A stretch of 64,000 nucleotides of DNA. Origin: Octopus vulgaris. Taxonomy: Eukaryota. Both the position numbers and the translations under genes were made by a program. A model generated the notes under the pieces. It made no database searches and was not told the DNA's origin. It worked only from the letters and a program-made list of their open reading frames with translations. The stretch is from NCBI GenBank assembly GCA_951406725.2, contig OX597818.1:68262001-68326000 (forward strand), in the 5' to 3' direction. Position 1 is the stretch's first letter, and each line of letters begins with the position of its first letter. Below, in pieces: positions 53,694 through 64,000 of this stretch.

Positions 53694-56345
53694 AACAGTC
53701 AGTTTGTATCATAGAATCAGGGCTGACTTAAGCAGTTTGATGTACAAAGTGTTAAGGGATTGAATGAGTCTCATTTTATCTCAGAAAATATCCCTAACAG
53801 TAAGTTTGACCTCATCAGAGGGCACCCAAAATTTCAGGCCTTGTGCCTATAAAAGGAAAGGATTATTAACACTGAACAAACCGAGTGGGGTTCTTACCCA
53901 CACCTTTTCCCCTCATATTGAGCATGGCCATTTCCCTGATAGCATCAGAGCCCTGTCTTCTAATCTATTTATTATAACTTTAGCCTTGGTTACATTTACA
54001 TATAAAGGTCATGAGCATTACTTCTTCCTTCACATCTATGAAATAAAATATATAAAGAAACTTCTCAGTCCAGAAACACTTGCTATTTCTAGCAGGCCAT
54101 TCTTCACTGTTGTACACAGCAATCATCCATAAGCAACACACATCACAGAAATATTGTTACAAAAAAATAAACAAAAACTTATTCTACTCAAGAATGCCTC
54201 ACAATTCTAGCAAAAATGTAATGATTGCTGAGAATGGATGACTTCTGTGTACAAAAATGAATGGCTGGTACGAATAAGGGACTCTCCATGGGATCCAACA
54301 ACTTGCTAGAAATAGTAGCACTTCTGAACTGAGCACTTTATCCATTTATAATTTTGTATTTACTTTGGCTGGGCCTGGGTTAAGAGGTGCTGCTCATGGC
54401 TCTTGTAGGCATCCTTCAGACTGATGAAGTCAATGCTATTGTAGATTTTCTGCATAAACTATGGCAAATCAGGAACTGCAGAACAGAATATCTGGTTCTT
54501 CCTTACGAGATCCATATCTCTGTAACATTGTTAATCTTTCATCAAAGTAGTGAAGCCTTCTCTTCAGTGCCAGAAATTCCATCAAATCTGAACTATTAGT
54601 CTCATTGTCTACAAGACATAAACATTATCCACACTAGAATACTGCTGGTCACAAATCTAAGATTAAAACCTGCAAAAACATATATTCACAGATATTCTAA
54701 TTTTGGTACAACAAAGAACCAGAAAACCACAATTTATTCAACTTTTGAGGGAGAAGTATTCATGCAGTGACACCTTAGGCAAGTGCTTTCTACTATAGCC
54801 ATAGGCTAAGCAAAGCCTTGTGAATGGATTAGGCAGAGGGAAACTGGAAGAAGCCTAAATGGATGTTAACGGATGATAATGATGATGATGTGTGTGTGTG
54901 TGGTGTTGGTGTGTTTATGCCCCTATCATTAAACGGTCTGGCAAAAGAGGCCAATTGAATAAGTGTCAAGCTTTAAAACAAAATAAGAGTTATGGTTCAC
55001 TCATTACAAAGATGTCAAATTTCCTGCTGCTTCTTATGAATAATGGTATGGCACCCCAGTGCTTCCAAGCTCTGAGGAGCTTTGTTAGGCTACTGGTTTC
55101 TACTGCCTCTAGTCCACTGGTATTTCACCTGAGTTTTATATAAGGCCCTACTGTCTACTAGCCGCACCTAAGTACACCTGATGCATTCCACTTCCTGAAG
55201 CCAATGGGAAAACCTTTGCATGGTCACTGGAGCTGCTAAAAATAACAATCAAATCCTTGTTATAGCCACGTATCATGTAGATCTTGTTATGCTATGCATG
55301 AAGCAACAATAATGGGATGGTCATAAGTTGAATATTTTAGATCCAAGATCTGTTCTACCAGAACAAGAACAACGGCAGATAAATCTTCCTTAATTCTTTG
55401 ATTCTAATTCACCCAAGACCAACATCGGGTTTATGATATGACCTTTGTTTGAAGGCATCAAGATTAAAACCTTCCATCAAAACCTTTATGTTAATCAAAG
55501 TCCTAAACAACAGCTAAGTAACGACAAAGTTATTTTACTAAATTCTGTCTCATTGAAAAAAAAACTATTTGAAATAAAGGCAACACATCTCAATAGAAAG
55601 ATGGTAGCAAAATGGTAAAAGCCATCAAAATTCTATCCTAATTTATGCTCCAAACACAAACTTAATAATAACTGCTATTTGACAGAAGCCTTCATTATTT
55701 TTAAAAATTAATTGAAATAAAGGCAGTGAATTTCAGTAATATCATGGCAGCAAAAAGGTTGAAATCCTACTCTTCAGCAGCAAGTTCCAATGTCTTTGGA
55801 TGCTGTCATTAAATTGTATTTTTAAAAGACTGTGGCACATGTACAGACCTTTTATGGGGTACTGTTTAAGAACTTCCAAAACCAAGACACACATTGCATA
55901 ATCCAATCCAAGTTACGCTCTTTGCGAAACGAAAAAATAATTATGGGGTGGTCACAATTTTCATCAATAATGTGTGCATGGCATTTGTTCTAGCTCTTTA
56001 CGTTCTGAGTTCAAATCCCACCAATGTTGGCTTTGCCTTTTTATCCTTTCAAAGTCAATAAAATAGACACCAGTTCAGCACTGGGGTCAACTTGCTCCCA
56101 CCCCAAATTACAGGCCTCGTGCTATTATTAGAAAGAATATCATAGATATTTGTAATTTCAGATTTAAATTAAAGTTAAAGAACAGTAACCTTCCATATTT
56201 ACATTATTCTTACTTTATTTGAATCCCCAAGCGCTTTATCATGAACTGCGATTCTCTGGAACTCATTTATTCTACACCATATTTCCCCAAGAGGCATTAA
56301 TCTACAGAACATTTGATCAATTCAACAGCAATTCAGTTCACTTAC

Positions 56346-56387
56346 CTGGGAGGGCATACTAAGTCCACGAGCCCCGCCTTCCATCAT
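56346..56387 (-). CDS. Candidate first coding exon (MMEGGARGLSMPSQ)
   Basis: Perfect donor CAG|GTAAGT at 56346/56345; locally GC-rich codons; first in-frame ATG after an upstream TGA at 56493-56495; phase 0. Confidence 0.4.
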
Positions 56388-58294
56388 TAAAATATAAAAC
56401 TTCACACAAAAACCCTGCCATATCTTCTCAGATTTCCTTGAGGCATTTGCTGCGAAATTGAAGTGAAATATGGAAATATATTCCTCAACTATTCAAAAGC
56501 AGCACCAAGACAAACCTCCTTGCTAGCTTCTTCTTACTCTTTGGCTTCTACCATTGTATTTAATTGATTTGTCTTATAATGAAATAGATTTATTGAACTT
56601 TTCAATTAAAATACGAATTTTTCTTTGAAAATTTTCTGAGGAATTCTGAACCAAAAGTTTTGAATGTTTTTGATTAATTTTTATTTTTTTATTTTTACAT
56701 GAATTGCCTGCATCTTAAATGTTCTCAACATAACATATTTTATTCTTGTTTTGTTTTCACAAATTTCATATTATTTTCAATTTTTATTTATTTATTTATC
56801 TATTTATTCTGCATATTCTTTGAATTTTTTTATACATTTCTTTATTATTTTTCATCATCATCATCATCATCATAATCACCATCATCATTACAACTGCCAC
56901 CTCCACCACCATCAATGCCACCACCGCTATTATGTGTAAAAATGAGATTGTTATTGTTGTTAGTAATGTTGTTATTACTATTATTATTATTATCATTATT
57001 ATCATCATTATTATTATTACCATTATTATTATTATTACAGTGGCTTTCCGTATTCCATTGTTGATTTGACAGCAAGAATGATGAATGGATAATAAATAAA
57101 TAAATAAAAGTATCAAAAGAAACAGAAAAGAAAAAATCTTGGAGAGCTAAATGTTGCCTGTCGATATTGGGCGCTGTAATTGGCATTTATATCTTCAGAT
57201 GTTTTCACACAACTCTGCAGGTACATTGTTTTGAACATATTGTCAGCTAATAATGAGGTTTTAACTTAAAAGATGCAATCTCATGGAACAGAGCAGCACA
57301 ACAACAAAAACAACAACAACGAAAATATTTTAATTTCAACAATAATAGTCAGCATCATTGTTTTAACATCCGCATTCTGATGTCAGCATGAGTCCGACAA
57401 AGTTTATGGAGAACGGTTTTCTGCAGCTGGATGCCCTCCCAGTTACCCAACCCTCCTCACCTTTTTCAAAGAAGGTAATGCATCCCCATGGCCAGACATG
57501 TTTTTGTGGAAGATTAGAAATGAATGGCACTGCTTGTGTGCCAATCATTTACAACTAACACACAAACCACAAACAGTGTTGGTGATGTACCATGCTTCTG
57601 TAGACCTGTCCAGCCAAGTGAGACTGTAGTCATAGACAATGCTGGTGTCAACTCAATGGCACCTGTGCCAGTGGCAAGTAAAAAACACCCTCCACACTCT
57701 CAGAGTGGTTGACATTAGGAATGGCATCCAGCCATAGAGACCAAACTAAAACAGATCATAAGTCAAACCATTGAACCTATGCCTGCATGGAAAGTGGAGG
57801 TTAAATAATGATAATGATGATGATGATACCATGTTAAAACAAGCAAGCACAATTGCGCGTACACTCATACACACATACACACATACATATGCATACAAGT
57901 ATACACACACACACACATACATACATATGATGAGCTTCATTCAGTTTTGATGAACCAAATCCACTTGTAGGGCTTTGGTCATGACACACTTGTAGCAGAA
58001 GAGATTTGCTCAAGGTGCTGTGTATTGGAATTGAACTCGAGGTCAATGGTTAGGAAGAAAACTTCTTAACACTGTCCTGCCAAAATCCATTCGTAATAAC
58101 AAGCATGTCCATATGTCTGTGTGTGTGTTAAGTGTGTGTATGTAATATCCGTACACATATATATGTAGTCAAACATATATATATATATATATATACATAT
58201 ATACACGTATATGTACATGCACACATATAGCTGGCTCTTGTCAAACCATCCTACCCTTGCCATTATGGAATGTGGACATTAAACAATGATGATA

Positions 58295-58440
<146 letters not shown>

Positions 58441-58551
58441 CCTGCTCACTTAGCCAGCGGGGTGGCGTCATTTGAAGGCTAAAACAGTGCAAAGCGCATT
58501 GTGACCAGCGATGTGTAGCAACATCTGATACCCTGGTCTGTCACGGTCACA

Positions 58552-58591
<40 letters not shown>

Positions 58592-59596
58592 AGCAGTACC
58601 CATGAATATTTCAAGGAATAGTAAACTTATTGGGTTAAATTCTAACCAAAAAACCTGAAAGCATAGCCTGTGCTGAGTCTGTATGTAAAGATGGTCGCTC
58701 ATCTGCTTCTCTTTGAAAAGTGAAAGAAATAGAAATACGATGATTACTTAATGCACTTTATATATATATACACTTTATAAACTTTATCCACAATTTTTTA
58801 GACTTAATTCACAGCACTCATAAAATAAATATTAGCTCTCATTTTTCTATTCTTCCCATAAACAAAAAAAAATCCTGTACATATGATATAACCTTTAATT
58901 AAACTGCATATATCTCCCATGCAAATAAGCATGGATATTTCACAGAATTGCACTTAAGCACATGCGTCAAGTGATAGGTGATACAAAAAAATTCAGTTCA
59001 GTTTTTTAAAAATACATTTTACTATCTAATAATCATCTCACCATTTCCATCACCACCACTATTACCACTACCACCACCACCCCCACTATCATCTCTCTTT
59101 CCCCCTCTCTCTCTTTCCTCTCTTGCCATTCTCCCTCTCCCCGCATCTCTCTCTCCCTCTCTCTCTCACATTTTTAAACCACATCATCGGAACATCACCC
59201 CTCTGCTAAAATTATATTTTCAACTCTCCTCTTCTAACTTCAACTAATATTTTTAATCTCATATTAAATATCCTTTTCTCCCTACCTTACATCATTGACG
59301 CTTCCCTCTCCCTCTTTCTGTCTCAGTCTTCATCTTATCCTTTTTTTCTCTCTCCTTTTCCTTTCTCCTCTCTTTCCCCATCAACTAATCACATGAAAAT
59401 GTTGCAATTACATTCTCTCTACGTCACGTCATGGACTTTTCTCTCTCCCTTCCTCTTTTACACTAATCATGTGATAGTGTTGCCGACAGGCTAAGTAACA
59501 CAGTGACAAGCAGAATTATTATAAGATGCATGTGTGTGCATGAGTGAATGTGTGTGTATGTATGTATGTATATATGTATATATATATAAATATATG

Positions 59597-59670
<74 letters not shown>

Positions 59671-59689
59671 ACCTTTTTTACTAAACTGC

Positions 59690-60180
59690 TTCTGATCCTA
59701 TGACATCTCTTAGGTATCCATTAGTTACACAGAACTGGCAGAATAGTTTTGTCTGACTTTCTGTTTCCTCCCACAAAAATTCCAGGCCTTATGCCCTATA
59801 ATAGGAAGGGATTATTTACACTGAGCACACTTAGTGGAGTTCTTACCCACACCTTTTTCCCTCATATTGAGCATGGCCATTTCCCTGATGGCATCAGAGC
59901 CCTGTCTTCTAATCTATTTATTATAACTTTAGCCTTGGCTAATTTTACTTTGATTTCCAGCAATTCCAGGTTATATTTCCACACCTTTAACCTCTCCAAC
60001 ACTTTTACCGATTTACCTTTAAGAACAAGGTTGTCAGCAGACATGCGTTCCCATGGACAGCCAGTCTTAACCACCTCTTTTATGGTTTGGATGACTATAA
60101 TAAACAGGAGGAATTACTGACCAACGTTTGATGCCCCCCACCCACAACCAGCCTGCTACATACATCTTAATACTCACTTA
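59690..60180 (-). mobile_element. RTE RT-domain fragment
   Basis: KTGCPWE..(S)ADNLVL...LKVWK..LE..KVKLAKAK...SGKWPCSI; shorter related copy at ~53830-53995. Confidence 0.8.
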
Positions 60181-60538
60181 GCTGACTGCATCCCCGTACA
60201 TAGCTTATATAGCCCTTAGTTGCCATTCATATACCCCTAGCTTCCTTACTGTTCATTACATGAGAAAGAAAGAGACCCTATCCAAGGTCTTCTCCTGGTC
60301 AAAAAATGTTGAGTATCAAGGCATACACTTAGGTATACTCATACATGTATGCTCATATATAGATATCAATGATTTGCACACACTCCAGCTCACTAAATGC
60401 ATATACACTTAATGTACTGACAGATGTATATCTTTGAGTGCGTGTATGTAAATATCTGCTGTAGAAGTGAAAGCATATACATACATATGTATGTGTGTGT
60501 ACATGTGTATGTGTAGATATATACATATACATTTTTAC

Positions 60539-60569
<31 letters not shown>

Positions 60570-60614
60570 TATATTTATATACATAGATATGTATATACAT
60601 ATATATATATACAA

Positions 60615-60695
<81 letters not shown>

Positions 60696-61488
60696 CAGAT
60701 AAATATAAATACATATATAAATACAACCAAGCATATGCATACACATCTCCGATATGTGTATCCTTATACACAAAACATTTACATTAACACCTAACAACCA
60801 CATACAAACACAAGCACTCGTATACGCACACATGCACACACAGGCACACACATGCTCACACAAACGCTCGTATACTTTTCATGCCATCACATAAAATAGA
60901 CACTGAAAATTTTATTCAAGCGAAAATCACATTGAGATGGTAAAGATTTGATGACACTATGAAATAAATGCTAGAAGACTTGAAGAACGGATAGCAAGCT
61001 GTCCAAGGAATACATCTCTCTCTTGTAGTTTAGCCAAGTTGATGTAATATACTTGACGGAACTTACATCAGTGTTAAATCTGGGAGAAATGGATAATGCT
61101 GTGTGCTGTTTTGTGATATAAGCTGCTCTGAATTTTGCAACTATTAAGAAATCAAATAGAATTTAGCCAAGCGTGAAATAATTCCAGTCTGACTGAACAC
61201 TTCTCTTAATGACTTGCGAAGTTCTTTGATTCCTTAGAAATTTCGTGTGTTTTTCTTTCTTTTTATTCTTTGATATGTTTTTCGTTTTTAGTGTGTTTCT
61301 ATTAAGTTATGTTTATGTATGTTTTGTGTAAGCATGGTATGTGTGTGTGTGTGTGTGTGTGTGTGTATTTCTATGAGTAAATGTATATAAGTGTGTATAT
61401 ATGCAGGTTTTTTTTTTTTTACATAGAACGATAGTCAGTAAGATACACACATATGTATACATATATGCATATATACATGCATGTACGT

Positions 61489-61526
<38 letters not shown>

Positions 61527-61562
61527 CATAAGTTTCGCAGGTATGCATGCCCATATTGATGC

Positions 61563-61602
<40 letters not shown>

Positions 61603-61616
61603 ATCTATCGATGGAT

Positions 61617-61649
<33 letters not shown>

Positions 61650-61654
61650 GTAAA

Positions 61655-62500
61655 TTGAGTCAAAAGCATTTTCAAATTCCAAGCTTTAATTAAGAGTTCA
61701 GACAAATTACAGACAGAAAATGTTTATTCATCAAAATTTAGCGCATGATATTTTGTCTGTTGCCATCGTTGTGCCAGAAGAACTATTCCACACTTGTAGA
61801 ATTTGGCCAATGCATACAAATTCCTGCACCTATTTCAACCTCATCCGTATCGTTGAACCTCTGTCCATGCAGGAATTGAGGTCTGTCTTGGAGAAGGTGG
61901 TAACCTGATGGAAGAAGGCCTGGTCTGTTGGCCAGGTGATGCAGCACTTCCAGCCCCTTGAGTCTCTCAAGTGTGCACTTGGTCACATTGACAAGGTGTG
62001 CTGGAGCTTTGTCATGTTGTAGGAGTGCAATTTTCAATTGACCCAGCCAGGTAGCAGGACTTCAAAGCATCATATACTTCCTGCTGTTGTGGAGCATAAA
62101 GGTTAGTGATCACAGCATTGCAGCACACTTTCAAAATTCTACCCAACACACAATGTGACCTTCTGTTCAGACCGTCTTTGTTTCAGAAGAGGTTCTGAAA
62201 CCTGGTCCGAACATAACCACTAATTTCTTCAAGGATTACAAAAATAAATCCATTTTTCATTCCCAATTTACAATTTGACACCAAAAAAATGGGCCTCTGA
62301 ACGATTTGCTAGCAGCTGTTTGTAAAATGTCCATGTCCTTAAGCCTGGTCATTGGTCATTTTAGGAGCAACAACTTCTCAACAGTGTTTGTTCACAAGGC
62401 TGAGCTTGTGCCAATGTCATTTGAAATGGCTTTGCAAAGGACCAAGTTCTACCAACAATGTTTGAGCACTTCTGCTTTGCTGTTCACCCTTTTTAGTTAG
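61655..62500 (-). mobile_element. Decayed mariner transposon
   Basis: LLQHDKAPAH...LEVLHH...PGLLPSGYHL (degenerate HDNA/YSPDLAP); IVIGNEKWI-like first-D motif. Confidence 0.75.
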
Positions 62501-62518
62501 GCTTCAAATATTTTTGTG

Positions 62519-62572
62519 AGGAAATTTTGAACCTGAGTTTTCATTCCTAAGGTATTTTTGTTTATGTTGTTG

Positions 62573-62612
<40 letters not shown>

Positions 62613-62867
62613 TATCATTCAGTAGTTTTATTTTTATAGCGTGCTTTCACTTCACTACCGAGCGCAGCTCTGTGGGCCTTAGGTATGTGCTGTGATGCTC
62701 TGATGGTTATTGTATGGAAAGTGTTCTGCGTAGGATGTGTGCAGTGCCTAGTAGTCCAATTTTCTGTATGTTATATGTGTTTGTAAGTCCTGGTGTTTTT
62801 GTTATGTATTTGTCTGAATATTTTTTTATCATGCCTAATGCACCTACTATGATAGGAATTGTTTCTG

Positions 62868-62950
<83 letters not shown>

Positions 62951-63149
62951 TCACTGCCTGGAATCGAACTTGGAATCTTGGGGTTAGTAGCCTACATTCT
63001 TAACCACTACGCCATATGCCTGTGGGTTCGAAATTTCCCCAACATACCTGATGAAGGCTGGAGGGTATATCAACCAAAACATGTTAACAACAAACAAGAT
63101 GAGGACAAATATCCGTCAAATGTAAATAATATAATTAATGTAAATAATG
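62519..63149. mobile_element. tRNA-head/(AAT)n/hammerhead element, copy D (inverted 5' part + plus tail), interrupted by an R4-like insert
   Basis: Minus head 62944-63021; plus tail from ggttcgaaatttcccc (63025) with CTGATGA at 63048 and a decayed GAAA. Confidence 0.8.
62617..62870 (-). mobile_element. R4/Dong-like LINE 3' end inserted in (TAA)n
   Basis: KTETIPIIVGALGMIKK...IQKIGLLGTAHILRRTLS*; (TTA)n on both sides. Confidence 0.85.
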
Positions 63150-63418
63150 CTCAAGATTGCTTGTCTGTCTTTCTATCCATCCGCCTGTTCATCCATTCAT
63201 CTGTCTGTCTATCAATCTATGTACACACTCACACACACACACACACATGCATATACTTGTACACATGTATGTGAGTGTTATGGGCGGGTGTGTTGGCATG
63301 TATGAATATAAGAAGGTGTCCCCGTCTCTATGTATATGAGCGTCTGTGTTGTTGTTGTTTGTGTGAACGTTTGTTTGTAAAACAAGACTGAGAAGAAGGT
63401 AAAGTGACTGGCAGAACT

Positions 63419-63645
63419 GGCGGCGAGATGGCAGAAACACTAGCACACCGGGCGAAATGCTTAGCGGTATTTTGTCTGCCGTTATGTTCTGAGTTCAAAT
63501 TCCACCAAGGTCGACTTTGCCTTTCATCCTTTCAGGGTCGATAAATTAAGTACCAGTTACGCACTAGAGTCGATGTAATCGACTTAATCCCTTTGTCTGT
63601 CCTTGTGTGTCCCCTCTGTGTTTAGCCCCTTGTAGGCAATAAAGA
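63419..63645 (+). mobile_element. Full-length Meta-domain SINE
   Basis: ggcggcgagatggcagaa...gagttcaaattcc...gcctttcatcctttcagggtcgataaattaagtaccag...gccccttgtaggcaataaaga. Confidence 0.9.
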
Positions 63646-64000
63646 CTTGAGAACTGGTGCTCACTGCTCGCAGACTGGGGTGCCACAATAAAGGGGCAGA
63701 TGAAATACAAAGGTTTGTACTTATATTAGTATTGATGTTGATCTTTGACCTGTTGTACTCAGCCACTATGTGTCTAATAGGAACAGCATGTATCGTTTTG
63801 AAGACCCTCCAGTACCACAAAACCCTCCTCGGGTCATACTCCATTATGGCATAAAAAGCAAAGCCAATTAGACAAGTGTTGCAAGGCATAAATCTCAGTT
63901 GCTGTATGGCTGGGAACTTCCACCTATTGGGGAAGGGTCTTAAAGCAGATGGATAAACAGAGAACGAAACAATAGCCAACCTGAGTCTCAGAAATCTCTG

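Noticed and set aside
56340-56380. acttacctgggaggg resembles the U1 snRNA 5' end
   Set aside because: Similarity ends within ~35 nt, with no U1 stem-loops or Sm site; better explained as the complement of a perfect splice donor

Overview
AT-rich, microsatellite-saturated animal genomic DNA. Its repeat complement (tRNA-derived CORE-like and Meta-domain SINEs, RTE 3' tails ending in (GAT)n, R4/Dong, CR1 and L1/Tx1 LINE fragments, mariner and piggyBac-type relics) looks like an octopus genome; this is inferred from the repeats. Nearly all listed ORFs are microsatellite or decayed-transposon artefacts. The window looks like intron/intergenic DNA, with one good candidate coding exon (21514-21678, minus) and a possible first coding exon about 35 kb upstream (56346-56387, minus). 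The most notable system is a dispersed ~290-bp element present four times. It joins a Pol III tRNA-like head, an (AAT)n spacer and a Penelope-type minimal hammerhead ribozyme, and inserts with inverted partial copies and ~10-bp target-site duplications, so it is a candidate Penelope-mobilised SINE/retrozyme. A Penelope GIY-YIG relic lies nearby. Also notable are a 1.66-kb AT-eroded palindromic element (probable Merlin relic with near-identical ~450-bp arms), a SINE/L1-Tx1 shared 3' tail, microsatellite-flanked R4-like insertions and a ~695-bp tandem duplication. All boundaries and identities were read by eye and are approximate.
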